A stretch of 64,000 nucleotides of DNA from Kiritimatiellia bacterium (lineage in GTDB: Bacteria > Verrucomicrobiota > Kiritimatiellia > RFP12 > UBA3636): positions 127,227 through 191,226 of the forward strand of contig JAZNPC010000066.1 in the NCBI GenBank assembly GCA_045589455.1, read 5' to 3'. Within the stretch, counting starts at the first letter, position 1. Each line of letters starts with the position of its first letter. Shown here in pieces: positions 38,631 to 49,090 of this stretch. The translations under genes were made by a program, and so were the position numbers. The notes beneath the pieces are model-generated. The model saw only the letters and a list, made by a program, of their open reading frames with translations. It did no database searches and had not been told where the DNA came from.

Positions 38631-40367
38631 TTAAACTTTAATTAAATTTGTTGAAATTGTTTTTTGTGTTTTTGCTACAAACAAAGCTTCACTATTCTTT
38701 ACAAGAGTTGCTTCATTATTGGCAATTTTAATTTCTAGCTGCGCATCAGCATCGCGTGCTTTCAAAATGGTTGCAAGCATGATTGCTTGCTCAAGCCCAT
38801 CGCCACACTGATAGTTCCAAACTTCGTCTGGTTGCGAAAGTCTAAATGCTTCCTCGTAAATTGATTCGTTAGTAATCGATGAAGCAATTGCTTCGCATAG
38901 CGCATTCTCGTCAGTAAATTGCTTGGTTTCTTCAATGCAGACAGGATTGCGCTCAAGCGCAGCCTTCATAAATGGCTCTAGCTCTGTATTGCTTAAATCG
39001 CGCCAAGCATAAAGAGCCATCTTGCAGTATTCGTTCTCTTCTTTGAGCTCATAGACGCGCTTAATAATTTCCTCGCGCTCCATTCCAGGTGTAATATCTA
39101 GTGGTGTGCCTTGGCTAACAAATTGTTTGTCGCTATGCTTAGGAAGGCGAGGAGTTGTTTTGCAGAAAGCAATCAGATGCTGAAGTGTTTCCTTAATATC
39201 TATGCACTTGGTGCAGAGGCGTTGCTCAAGTCGAGCAATATCCTCTTGTGAATTTATATCAACAGGATATTGGCGAAGATAGCTTTCCAAATCATCAAGA
39301 ACAATGCATTGGCTACAAATAGCGGAATGCATTTCCTCCTGGTCAATTGTTGCTAGCAATTGAGGGCGTGTATTATCAGTAACCTTAAATGGTGTATCTC
39401 GTTCATAAGCGAAGGCTCTTGATAGAGGTAGATAATGGAGATGCCCATTGATTACATATTTTAATACAAAGCAATTTTGTGCATCAGGATATTGGCGAAG
39501 GAAGTTACCAAGTATCTCAGGTGTGAGGCTTGTGGCAAGGTAATCAGTAAGCTTTGTTGAGAAGCTCTTAATTGCATCCTTTGAAATTGTGGCAGTGTCA
39601 TAAATTGTATGAATCCAACCAGAGCAGTGTGTGACAAAGGTAATGTTTTCATGTTCAATAGCACGACGTGCCTGAGCGGAAAGCTCTGTTCCATTGAACC
39701 ACATGTTCTTTGTAACAATGCGGCGATTGTTTGTAATTATGCCTTCTCCTAAATCAATAAAGTTTTGTGAGTGAAGTGGAGTTGCCATCAAATATATCTG
39801 CTCAAGAGGAATGTCTAGCACAACAAATAGGGCAGCAGCATAAAGAGCAGCAAGAGAAACACATTCTCCGGCACCGGTGCTATAGCCTGGCTTTCTTGAG
39901 AATGCGGTCATGGCCTCAAGGGTTTCTGTCTTCCAATATGGGATTACATTTGTATTATATTTATCTAGACCAAAGTGTCTACGAATGTCAATATCAAAAT
40001 AATACTTGTCTCCCTCATAGCCAAACAATGCATTTGATTTTGAAAGAGTATCTCTATCAATAAAGCTATTGAAGCGTGCTAGCTCTTTCTCTTGGGTTGT
40101 AAGTCCCCATGTCTCAAGATCAAGATTAAAGGTATAGTGATCCATTATGTATTGCTTGAGACGATTTATTCGAGCCACAGTGCCACGCTTATTAAACTCA
40201 GTAAACCAAGGGTCTTCACGCCAGCGCCAAAGGATTGGCGACATAATATTTGCCAACACAAGGCTAAATATCAGATCTGGAAAAATAAACATTTCCATAT
40301 CTGATAGGGAAATTGCGGAGGATTTCTTTTCAAGCTCGCGCTGTTGCTCAGGAGTTATTTCTTTCAT
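38631..40367 (-). CDS. Hypothetical 578-aa protein, translationally coupled to the upstream GspE-like gene; possible transglutaminase-like Cys/His core.
   Basis: ATG at 40367 overlaps the TAA of the GspE-like gene (TAATG). Motifs GAGECVSLAALYAAAL ... PLHSQNFID resemble a Cys-His-Asp papain/transglutaminase-like core (weak). No other recognisable domain. Confidence 0.55.
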   Translation of the reverse strand: MKEITPEQQRELEKKSSAISLSDMEMFIFPDLIFSLVLANIMSPILWRWREDPWFTEFNKRGTVARINRLKQYIMDHYTFNLDLETWGLTTQEKELARFNSFIDRDTLSKSNALFGYEGDKYYFDIDIRRHFGLDKYNTNVIPYWKTETLEAMTAFSRKPGYSTGAGECVSLAALYAAALFVVLDIPLEQIYLMATPLHSQNFIDLGEGIITNNRRIVTKNMWFNGTELSAQARRAIEHENITFVTHCSGWIHTIYDTATISKDAIKSFSTKLTDYLATSLTPEILGNFLRQYPDAQNCFVLKYVINGHLHYLPLSRAFAYERDTPFKVTDNTRPQLLATIDQEEMHSAICSQCIVLDDLESYLRQYPVDINSQEDIARLEQRLCTKCIDIKETLQHLIAFCKTTPRLPKHSDKQFVSQGTPLDITPGMEREEIIKRVYELKEENEYCKMALYAWRDLSNTELEPFMKAALERNPVCIEETKQFTDENALCEAIASSITNESIYEEAFRLSQPDEVWNYQCGDGLEQAIMLATILKARDADAQLEIKIANNEATLVKNSEALFVAKTQKTISTNLIKV

Positions 40368-41956
40368 TAAAATTGACCGATAGATGCGATTAGCTCTGCT
40401 GGGGTTGTGATGTGGTCGCGTAGCTTTTGTGCTGCATCGTCCTTCATTGCACACCAGGTTTGCTCGTTTGCTACAATTTCACGAAGCTCATTTGCGGAAA
40501 GTTTGCCAGAGTGAATTGCTGCTGCCACATTTGGAGTGCATGGCATAAATTCAAATATACCGATTCGACCGATAAAGCCTTCGCGACACTTTGGGCAGCC
40601 CTTTGCGACGGCAATTGTTTTTGCGCCTGCGGCTTCTGCGATTGCTGCCTCGTGTGGTGGCAGGGTGGAGATATCTGCAACCTCGTGGCAGTGTGGGCAA
40701 ACGCAGCGTACTAGGCGCTGAGCAAGTACACCGCGCAAGCACGATGCAAGCAAGTATGGTTCAATGCCCATATCTGTTAAGCGCATAACTGCAGCAGGTG
40801 CATCATTTGTGTGAAGTGTTGTTAGCACAAGGTGACCAGTTAATGATGAGCGAACAGCAATCTCTGCGGTCTCAGCATCACGAGTTTCACCAACGAGAAT
40901 TACATCTGGGTCTTGACGCAAAATATGGCGTAAGCCAGAAGCAAAGGTTAGTCCAATTTTTGGCTTAACTTGAATTTGAGCGATATTTGGAATGCGATAT
41001 TCAATTGGGTCTTCAATCGTAAGAATATTTCTACGAACTGAATCCATTGTGCCAAGTGCAGAATAAAGAGTTGTTGTTTTACCAGAGCCAGTAGGACCAG
41101 AAACAACGATTATACCATTTGGCTGATTCAATGCATTTGAGAAGCCCTCCAGCGCATTCTCTGGCATACCCAAATGATTTAGAGGGAGAAGAGAGCGGTC
41201 ACGGTTAAGTAGACGCAATACCACGCGCTCACCAGCTGCAACAGGAATTGTTGAAACACGAATATCTACAATGCGATTTGCCACACGAACCTGAGTCATG
41301 CCATCCTGAGGAAGTCTGCGCTCAGTAATATCCATGCTAGACATAACCTTGATGCGTGAAACAATCTGGAGAACTTGATTAGGCTGTGAGCTTTGGTAAT
41401 CATAGAGCTTACCATCTAAGCGATAGCGAATACGCACAGCACCATTTTCTTCTGGCTCAAGATGTATATCTGAAGCATCTCTACGGATAGCCTCAAGAAT
41501 GATGTTGTTGATAAATTGTGTGATAGGCTGATTATCGGAATCAGAAAGCAAATCAGAGAAATGAGTTTGTGCTGCTGGTGTAGTTACTGTTGCTTTTGGT
41601 GCTGTTTGTGGCAGAGTGTCGAGCGTATCCTTTGAGGTGGCACCTGCGCGAGGAATGTCTGCTGCAGCACCGAGCTCTAGCTTTTCTAAAATTCCAAGAA
41701 TGCACTCCTTTGGAGCGAATGCAGGTTCCAACTCTTTACCCAATAATAGTCCTGCTTGTTGAATAACAGAAATGCTTTCTAGCTTTGACATTGCTAGATA
41801 TAGCTTTTCTTCAATAAGAACCGGTATAACACAAAAGTCCTTTGCCCATGGTAGTGGCAAAAGAGAAAGTAGCTCTTTAGGTAGCTGGTCCACGGTAATC
41901 TCAGGAAGATATGGTAGCTCATATTCTTCAGCTAGCTTTTCTAATGTGCTATTCAT
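40367..41956 (-). CDS. GspE/PilB-family secretion ATPase (type II secretion / type IV pilus assembly ATPase family).
   Basis: N-terminal T2SSE_N-like domain, Walker A GPTGSGKTT, Asp and His boxes, and the tetracysteine zinc motif CPHC...CPKC. Confidence 0.88.
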   Translation of the reverse strand: MNSTLEKLAEEYELPYLPEITVDQLPKELLSLLPLPWAKDFCVIPVLIEEKLYLAMSKLESISVIQQAGLLLGKELEPAFAPKECILGILEKLELGAAADIPRAGATSKDTLDTLPQTAPKATVTTPAAQTHFSDLLSDSDNQPITQFINNIILEAIRRDASDIHLEPEENGAVRIRYRLDGKLYDYQSSQPNQVLQIVSRIKVMSSMDITERRLPQDGMTQVRVANRIVDIRVSTIPVAAGERVVLRLLNRDRSLLPLNHLGMPENALEGFSNALNQPNGIIVVSGPTGSGKTTTLYSALGTMDSVRRNILTIEDPIEYRIPNIAQIQVKPKIGLTFASGLRHILRQDPDVILVGETRDAETAEIAVRSSLTGHLVLTTLHTNDAPAAVMRLTDMGIEPYLLASCLRGVLAQRLVRCVCPHCHEVADISTLPPHEAAIAEAAGAKTIAVAKGCPKCREGFIGRIGIFEFMPCTPNVAAAIHSGKLSANELREIVANEQTWCAMKDDAAQKLRDHITTPAELIASIGQF

Positions 41957-41972
41957 AAAAAATCCTTTTGTG

Positions 41973-42467
41973 TTAATTATTCTTGTTTTTGTGCAAAGCA
42001 GATGTGATTAGCTCCGGAGGAAGTGAAATGGCATTTTCGTGATGTGTAATTTCAAAAGTGTCTGCGTTTGGTGATGTCTTAGTTACCTCAATGATGTCAA
42101 AGCGTATGGCATGTGGCTTAGAAAAATTTTTCTTCATATAGCCTTTTGCTGCTCTCGTAAGAGCCTTGCGCTTACGTTTATCAACCGCAGCCTTACCTCC
42201 ACCAAATAAGTTCGAGGAGCGTGTTTTTACCTCAACAAATACAAGCTGCTCAACCATTGAGTTTCTAAAATCAATTGCGATTAAATCTAGTTCATCAATC
42301 CCTACGTGTACGCGCTCACCAATTATTTTGAACCCTTTTGTTTTTAAATGCTCTGCTGCAAGTTTTTCTCCTCTAATACCAAGAGCATCTTTATCAAGGA
42401 TTGCTTGGGTATTAGCCGTGGATTGCTTTCTTGGGAAAAGCTTTACAAGGAGTTCTCTAATTGTCAT
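41973..42467 (-). CDS. YraN-family (UPF0102) endonuclease-like protein.
   Basis: GEKLAAEHLKTKGFKIIGERVHVGIDELDLIAID...LVFVEVKTRSS...RFDIIEV matches the YraN/UPF0102 pattern. Confidence 0.7.
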   Translation of the reverse strand: MTIRELLVKLFPRKQSTANTQAILDKDALGIRGEKLAAEHLKTKGFKIIGERVHVGIDELDLIAIDFRNSMVEQLVFVEVKTRSSNLFGGGKAAVDKRKRKALTRAAKGYMKKNFSKPHAIRFDIIEVTKTSPNADTFEITHHENAISLPPELITSALHKNKNN

Positions 42468-42470
42468 TCT

Positions 42471-43844
42471 CTATGTGTTTAATCCGTATTTCTTAATTAA
42501 ACGCTGGAGATATGTTCTTTCAATATCTGCTTCGCGGGCTGATTTAGAAACATTACCATTGTTGCGTGCTAAAAGCTCTTTGATATATTGGCGTTCAAAA
42601 TCGTCGATTAGGCGATTCTTCTCATCCTTAAATGGCTTGGTGGTGTCAACATTATTTGAAACAGAATTTTCGTCGTCGTTTGAACCGTTGTTTGATTGCT
42701 TTAATAAAGTGCCACCTTGTTGGCATTGAAGGATATCAACAGGCTTTTGAATGTGGTAATAAGCGCGATCAATAAGGTTGCGGAATTCACGAATATTACC
42801 TGGCCAATCGTAACGCATCAATGCATTCATTGCATTGTCAAAGTCTTGAATTTCATCACGTGCCTTAGCATTATGCAAGCGCTTCATAAAGGTCTCAGCG
42901 AGAAGAGGGATGTCCTCTTTGTGTTCTCTAAGAGGAGGTAGCTCTATATTTACAACAGATAGGCGATAGTATAAATCTTCACGGAAATTGCCTTCGCTAA
43001 TTTCCTTTTTGATATTTCTATTTGTTGCACAAATTATTCTTACATCAATTTTGCGAACCTCATTAGAGCCAACACGTTTGATTTCACGTTTTTCTAGTAC
43101 ACGCAATAGCTTTGGCTGAAGCTCTTGAGGAAGCTCTCCAATTTCGTCAAGAAATACCGTGCCACCATCAGCGCTTTCAAAGGCACCAGGGCGGTCGCTT
43201 GTTGCGCCAGTAAATGCTCCCTTAATGTGGCCAAATAATTCACTCTCCACGATATCACGAGAAATTGATGTGCAGTCAATAACAACAAATGGTTTCTCAG
43301 AACGCTTGCTATGTTTGTGAATTTCCTCTGCAAGAATTTCCTTACCTGTGCCTGTTTCACCAGTAAGCATAATTGTTGCATCAGTTGGTGCATAGCTTTC
43401 TGCTAAATAGAAAATGCGACGCATTGGGTCACTAGCACCAATAGCATTACCAAAGTGATCGTTTTGGCTTAATGGAATATCTGCAAATTCTAGAGAAGGA
43501 GAAAATAGTAGGCGAGTATTGCCTAGGCGAAGCTCTGAGCCTGGGGTGAGATATGCATGCATGATGCGTAGCCCACAAAGGAATGAGCCATTTGTGCTAT
43601 TAGTATCTTCAATAGAAAAGGTGTGACCATCAGAGTTGATGATGCAGTGCTTGCGTGAAACTGCTGTGTCTTTTAGCTGCAAATCACAGCTGTCACTAGA
43701 GCCAATTGAAAAAGGAGTGTTTTCAATAATAATTTCTTTTCCTTGCTGTGGACCAGAAAGGATTAGTATTGATGCTTTTTTCTTAATGAGAGGACGCTCT
43801 TCATTTTTTGCTGGTACAACAAAGGTTTGATGTGCTTCTTTCAT
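42471..43844 (-). CDS. Sigma-54-dependent transcriptional activator with an N-terminal FHA domain.
   Basis: FHA motifs ([21 protein letters not shown]...NGSF), the AAA+ sigma-54-interaction domain ([21 protein letters not shown]) and a C-terminal Fis-type HTH. ATG at 43844; the ORF-track start at 43868 is a TTG. Confidence 0.88.
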   Translation of the reverse strand: MKEAHQTFVVPAKNEERPLIKKKASILILSGPQQGKEIIIENTPFSIGSSDSCDLQLKDTAVSRKHCIINSDGHTFSIEDTNSTNGSFLCGLRIMHAYLTPGSELRLGNTRLLFSPSLEFADIPLSQNDHFGNAIGASDPMRRIFYLAESYAPTDATIMLTGETGTGKEILAEEIHKHSKRSEKPFVVIDCTSISRDIVESELFGHIKGAFTGATSDRPGAFESADGGTVFLDEIGELPQELQPKLLRVLEKREIKRVGSNEVRKIDVRIICATNRNIKKEISEGNFREDLYYRLSVVNIELPPLREHKEDIPLLAETFMKRLHNAKARDEIQDFDNAMNALMRYDWPGNIREFRNLIDRAYYHIQKPVDILQCQQGGTLLKQSNNGSNDDENSVSNNVDTTKPFKDEKNRLIDDFERQYIKELLARNNGNVSKSAREADIERTYLQRLIKKYGLNT

Positions 43845-43885
43845 AAGATATCCATTGATGAAATTCAAATTTGCGCAATCAAAAA

Positions 43886-45052
43886 TTAGGCATTAACAAA
43901 AGGTGAAATTTTGCGTAGCTTATCTACGATTCCAGGCATTACTTCTATAACCTGATTGATATCATCCTCTGTGTTGTAGCGGCTTAGGCTAAAACGTAGG
44001 GATCCATGAACTGCGGTGAAAGGAACACCCATTGCACGAATAACATGTGATGGCTCAAGAGAACCAGATGAGCATGCAGAACCAGATGAAGCACAAATTC
44101 CTGCATCACTTAGGTGATAAAGAAGTGCTTCTCCTTCGATAAATTCAAAGCTGATATTAAGTGTATTTGGAAGGCGCTTTGTTAGAGAGCCATTGAGGCG
44201 TGCATCTGGAAGCTTTAGTAGCTCCTCTTGAAGCTTATCGCGCAAACGAGCAATACGTTCAATTTCATCTGAGGCAAGATCTGCCTTTGCGAGCTCAGCT
44301 GCTTTACCTAGACCAACAATGTAAGGAACATTTTCTGTGCCTGCGCGGCGGCCATTCTCTTGGTGTCCTCCAAGTAGGAAAGGATTAATATGTGTACCCT
44401 TACGTACATATAGCGCGCCAATGCCCTTAGGTGCATGTAGCTTGTGGCCAGAAAGTGAAAGCATATCAGCAGGAATCTCTGCCATATTTACTTCAGAGAG
44501 CTTACCCATCGCTTGGACAGCATCTGTGTGGAAATAAGCTCCTGCTGCCTTTGCAAGCTCAGCACACTCCTTGATTGGGAAGATAACGCCAGTTTCATTG
44601 TTTGCCCACATCATGGTAACAAGCTTTTTGCCAGGAGCAGATAGTGCTGCCTTATACTCGTCCATATCAAGTGTGCCATCGCCATGCACGCCAATCTCAA
44701 AAACCTTGTAGCCCATTTCCTTTAGCTTGCGGCAAGGCTGAAGTACAGCAGGGTGCTCAACGCGAGTGGTAATGATTGTTCCGCCAGGGCCAATTGAATT
44801 TGCTGCGCCGAAAATTGCTGTGTTGTCAGATTCGCTACCGCAGCTTGTGAAAATAATTTCTGATGGGTCTGCGTGTACAAGGTCAGCTAGCTTCTCACGT
44901 GCTGCATCAACCTTCTTTTGTACAACGCCACCAAAGGCATGCATACTAGAAGGATTGCCATAATACTCCTTAAAGAATGGTAGCATTTCCTCTAGCACCT
45001 CAGGTGCCACCTGAGTTGTTGCATTGTTGTCTAAATAAGCAAGTCTGCTCAT
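43886..45052 (-). CDS. nifS: Cysteine desulfurase (NifS/IscS family).
   Basis: YLDNNATT, the PLP-binding SLSGHKLHAPKG and the active-site SSGSACSS. Confidence 0.9.
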   Translation of the reverse strand: MSRLAYLDNNATTQVAPEVLEEMLPFFKEYYGNPSSMHAFGGVVQKKVDAAREKLADLVHADPSEIIFTSCGSESDNTAIFGAANSIGPGGTIITTRVEHPAVLQPCRKLKEMGYKVFEIGVHGDGTLDMDEYKAALSAPGKKLVTMMWANNETGVIFPIKECAELAKAAGAYFHTDAVQAMGKLSEVNMAEIPADMLSLSGHKLHAPKGIGALYVRKGTHINPFLLGGHQENGRRAGTENVPYIVGLGKAAELAKADLASDEIERIARLRDKLQEELLKLPDARLNGSLTKRLPNTLNISFEFIEGEALLYHLSDAGICASSGSACSSGSLEPSHVIRAMGVPFTAVHGSLRFSLSRYNTEDDINQVIEVMPGIVDKLRKISPFVNA

Positions 45053-45054
45053 TT

Positions 45055-45903
45055 TTATGCCTCGCCTTCCTCTACAACAGTAATTTCAGGAGTTACAAAT
45101 TCCTTTAGCTTTGCTTCAACAAGAAGCTGCTTTGTAATGTGAGCAGAACGGCAGCCTGCGCACATGCCACGGAATGCAATTACTACTTCATTGCCACGAA
45201 CATCGACTAGCTCAATATCACCACCATCGCGCTGTAATAGTGGGCGAACTTCTGTATCGATTGTTTGCTCAACAAGCTTAATCTTTTGTAGCTGAGTCAT
45301 AGCGCGTGGCTTTGCTTCTTCCTTTGGCTCTGGAGCAGTGTGAGTAACAGAGTTTAGAACCTCTTGAATGTCTGCCTTACATTTGCCACATGCGCCACCA
45401 GCTTTGCAGTAGTTTGTGATTTGCTCTACTGTGGTTAGGTGATTCTCTGTTGCTAGGCGCACGATTTCAGATTTATGAATATCAAAGCATTGGCAGATTA
45501 CAGGGTCCTCACCAACAGAGCGCATAGAGGTTTCACCAGTCTTGTAATTGTGAATTGCTGCCTCAAGAGCTTCACGACCCATAACGGAGCAGTGCATCTT
45601 TTCTTCAGGAAGTCCACCAAGAAATTCTGCGATGTCTTGGTTTGTTACATTCTGTGCTTCCTCAAGAGTCATGCCCTTAATCATTTCTGTTAGAGCAGAT
45701 GAGGACGCAATTGCAGATGCGCAGCCAAAGGTTTGGAACTTAACATCGGCGATTCTTCCATTTTCGTCGAGCTTAAACATAAGAGTAAGTGCGTCGCCGC
45801 AAGCGAGTGCACCAACCTGGCCAATGCCATCTGGGTTTTCGATTTTTCCTACATTGCGTGGGTTATGAAAATGATCTAAAACTTTATCTGTATAATTCCA
45901 CAT
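45055..45903 (-). CDS. nifU: NifU-type Fe-S cluster assembly scaffold (full three-domain NifU).
   Basis: N-terminal IscU-like domain (GALACGD...FGCASA), a central CxxC ferredoxin-like domain (GGACGKC) and a C-terminal Nfu domain (CAGCRSA). ATG at 45903 is preceded by GAGG; the longer ORF starts with TTG. Confidence 0.85.
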   Translation of the reverse strand: MWNYTDKVLDHFHNPRNVGKIENPDGIGQVGALACGDALTLMFKLDENGRIADVKFQTFGCASAIASSSALTEMIKGMTLEEAQNVTNQDIAEFLGGLPEEKMHCSVMGREALEAAIHNYKTGETSMRSVGEDPVICQCFDIHKSEIVRLATENHLTTVEQITNYCKAGGACGKCKADIQEVLNSVTHTAPEPKEEAKPRAMTQLQKIKLVEQTIDTEVRPLLQRDGGDIELVDVRGNEVVIAFRGMCAGCRSAHITKQLLVEAKLKEFVTPEITVVEEGEA

Positions 45904-45999
45904 AATTAGCCTCATAAAAAAGCTTAAAAACAATTCGTTTACTTAAGTTATAATTATAACATAATTATACGGAGGAAAGCAAATAACAAAATGCGCAAG

Positions 46000-46680
46000 A
46001 AAAGTGCACATTTCAAGAACACGGACACACGGATGGGGTTTTTGGGGGTGCTTGTGTGATGGCTAGGCGTGCGAGGATTGGCGTGCGGGGCACGCGAGTG
46101 CGCTCTCGCGCAGGAACAGGATTGGCAGGATTATGCAGGATGGTCATGATTGCTTGGGTGTGTGCGTAGCGCACGACACTAGCGCTTGACGTTGGACATG
46201 GTCTTGCTCTCGTTGTCGCAAGGCCAACTTACAAGCGCTAGTGTGGGGGCAACCCATGTGCTTGTGTGGTGTTTCTTTTGACAGGATTAACTGGATTTGT
46301 GCGGATGCTGGGCTGGTGTGCTATAGGATTCAAGACACTAGCGCTTGTTGTTGCCTTAATTATTGCAAAATCTATGAAGCAATAAGGCACCATCCAAGCG
46401 CCAGTGTTTTGGATGCACCAAGCTTGGTTGTGCGCTGCGCCGCGTGCGGCGCAGTTTGAGCGTAGCGTATGTGCAAAACTCTCTCGCACCAGAGCGGGCA
46501 CTGAGCACTGCGAGACACAAAATGCTCTTGCATTTTTGGCTCGCGCCAGACAAAACGATGGAGGAGCCCTGTCACTATTGTTCTCGGCACCTCCATCAAC
46601 CGAAAGGAGTGGCGCGCGGCTTACCACACTGCCAATTGTGGCAAAACTCTTAAGACTGCTATTAATGAACTAGCATCGTA
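46000..46680. repeat. GC-rich non-coding repeat block of the 'CACGGAT / GGCTAGGCGTGCGAGGAT / GTGTGGGGGCAACCCATGTGCTTGTGTG' family.
   Basis: It shares a 26-nt exact match and several other modules with 52128..52440. It is GC-rich in an AT-rich genome. All ORFs in it are short, overlapping and of low complexity. Confidence 0.7.
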
Positions 46681-46929
46681 GGAATAATGCTAGGAGGATT
46701 TTATAGGAGAGTTAATGGGTTCATCCCGCATTATCTTTCAACAATTTTTAAAAAAAACAATTGCTAACTGTTTGCTCTTGTTTTGCCTCTCTTATTGGGT
46801 TCTTGTATAAAAAAATAGAAAAAAATGACAAATTTCTAAGATTAAATCTTCAAAAATTAAAAAAAACATTATATAATTATTGATAAATAAAGTGTTATTC
46901 TATGTTTTGTTATAAAATTGGGGTCCAAT

Positions 46930-49053
46930 ATGACTTCTGAAATTAAAAAATTTGTAAAAATGCTTATTGCTGAAGCTAATGAGCGAGAAGAAAAGCTCAC
47001 CCTTAAAGCTTGGGGTAAAGAGCGTACATTTGTTGCTTTTGATTTGTTTGATGATACTTTTATTTTTGAGGAAGGAATTTGGGATAATCTTGAAAATAAA
47101 GATTCTGTAATTCTTGTACCAAAATCAGCATTTTCACCTCCAAATCCAGAAGGGAAAAAGCGCCGTACCTTTGGTAATATCATGACAATTAGCTCTGGAA
47201 ACCATGCTGTTACGTCTATTCCATTACTTTCTGGCCAATTTTGGGATATTCCTGGAGTGCCAGAGGAGCAACGCTCAGATACGCTTGTAAAACGTCTTGT
47301 ATGTGCAAATGTTGTAGGAAATACAATTGAAATATCTCAGCGTGATGTTGCCACACCTGATGTTGTAGAAATGGATGATTGGTTGCAAGCACTTGGTTGC
47401 CCTATGCGTAGTGTTGTTTTAATTGACCGAATTGATTCAACACTTCAATACTACAACAAGCGAGGACAAGAATGGCGCATCAAACCGCTTGCGTGGACAT
47501 TTTCTGAGATGAATGCTGCTATACGCTCTTCAATTAGCCATATGCATTCTTGCATTAAATATTATCACAATGTAAAAGGTGTTCATTTTTTAACATATAA
47601 AAATTTCTGCACATGGGGTGAGCAAATAGAGGAAAATTACTCTGAATTTTTAAGTGGTTTGACAGAGCTTGCTGGAACAAGTGAATTAACCCAAGTGCCT
47701 AATTTGCTATTAAGCAAATATCGTACTCATCACGAGGTTGAGCTATTTGGTCTTCCTGATGGTGTGGCAGAGCGTATAATTATTCCTGAGCTTCTTGAGC
47801 TATACAAAGAGGTTAATGAGGAAAAATATCAGCCTCGTGATGTACGAGAGCGCTTCAATGCAATTGAAAGTACATTTAGAGCATCTTTGTTAGAGCCAGG
47901 TTTGTTGGAAGAAGATAGTCCGGATTTTATACAAAATCTTTATCGTAATATTACTGGGCAGATTTATTTTGACGAGACATATGGCTTAGTATCTAGTGCT
48001 TTTGATGACATGCGTACTGCACTTCCTGGTGCAACCTATATGCTTGGTAATCGCTTTATTCATGATGGTGCAGATGCTCGTACAGTTGCAATACTTGACG
48101 TTTTAGAGCGTGAAATTAGTCATGGTGATAGAATTGAACATGTAAATATTTACGAGATTCGCTCAAACAGTGAGAAAATTCACCTCGGTGAAGGTAAGTC
48201 CCGTGAAATCGTGTTCAAGACAATGTGGAACCCAAAGGATACACGTATTATTGAAAAGCGTTTGGCACACAGCTCAACTGGTTATGGTGCATATACACTT
48301 GCTCGTGTTTCTGCATTTCGTAGCCTTGGTATTTCATATGGTCGCCATCGTTTGATTGCCCGTAATGATGGTGCAGCTGGTGATATTCACTACTTTACAC
48401 GTGCACGTTATCCTGGAATACCTTTTAACAAGATTCCAAAAATGCTTTTCTGTAATCGTGATTTAAATACAGGTAAGTATGATTTATCAAAGGAATCTGC
48501 AGATATTGTTCGCGCATTGATTCGACTTCTTGGCGGATCTGCCGCAGAGGCAATGATTCTTAAGAAATATCGTAAAGGACAGGAAAATCACTATTGCGAT
48601 AGCAAGGAAATTATCGAATTTGGCTATGACGTACGCTACGGAAAAGAGATGCCAATTGGGCTACATCTTTGCTCAATCCGCGGAACAATGGGTTGGGAGG
48701 ATACTAGCCTGACTGAAGATAATCTTCTTAAAATGTTTGACTTTTTTATGAGTGAATTTGTTAAAACTGTAAAAAAATATGCAGAAGATCATCCTGTGCT
48801 TTCTCGTTATGATATAGCAGATGCTTTCTTCGAGGGATTTTCTGCAAAGACTCGCGAGGTGTATTGGAATTACATGAATAGGCGTGATCAATTCGATAAC
48901 TATTCTCCACGAGTTTATGGCGATTATCGTTTTACCGAAAAATGGTCATTTGTGCTTTGGAGCCTTCAAGAGCAGCGCAAGCGTCTAGATTATCTTTATG
49001 ATTTATTCAATGAGAAATTGGCTCGTGAATATCCAGAAGAGCTAGAAGGCTAA
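46930..49053 (+). CDS. Hypothetical protein (~707 aa), no recognisable domain.
   Basis: Long, clean ORF with normal amino-acid composition. ATG at 46930; the track start at 46918 is a TTG. Confidence 0.6.
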   Translation: MTSEIKKFVKMLIAEANEREEKLTLKAWGKERTFVAFDLFDDTFIFEEGIWDNLENKDSVILVPKSAFSPPNPEGKKRRTFGNIMTISSGNHAVTSIPLLSGQFWDIPGVPEEQRSDTLVKRLVCANVVGNTIEISQRDVATPDVVEMDDWLQALGCPMRSVVLIDRIDSTLQYYNKRGQEWRIKPLAWTFSEMNAAIRSSISHMHSCIKYYHNVKGVHFLTYKNFCTWGEQIEENYSEFLSGLTELAGTSELTQVPNLLLSKYRTHHEVELFGLPDGVAERIIIPELLELYKEVNEEKYQPRDVRERFNAIESTFRASLLEPGLLEEDSPDFIQNLYRNITGQIYFDETYGLVSSAFDDMRTALPGATYMLGNRFIHDGADARTVAILDVLEREISHGDRIEHVNIYEIRSNSEKIHLGEGKSREIVFKTMWNPKDTRIIEKRLAHSSTGYGAYTLARVSAFRSLGISYGRHRLIARNDGAAGDIHYFTRARYPGIPFNKIPKMLFCNRDLNTGKYDLSKESADIVRALIRLLGGSAAEAMILKKYRKGQENHYCDSKEIIEFGYDVRYGKEMPIGLHLCSIRGTMGWEDTSLTEDNLLKMFDFFMSEFVKTVKKYAEDHPVLSRYDIADAFFEGFSAKTREVYWNYMNRRDQFDNYSPRVYGDYRFTEKWSFVLWSLQEQRKRLDYLYDLFNEKLAREYPEELEG

Positions 49054-49090
49054 ACAAAATTGTTTGTTGTTATATAGGCGAGGAATTGTT

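Noticed and set aside
46238-46673. Cluster of 60-130-aa ORFs on both strands (46238-46627, 46372-46599, 46404-46673 and others)
   Set aside because: All lie in the GC-rich 'CACGGAT' repeat block. They mutually overlap in several frames and are Ala/Arg/Cys-rich low-complexity translations of the repeats.
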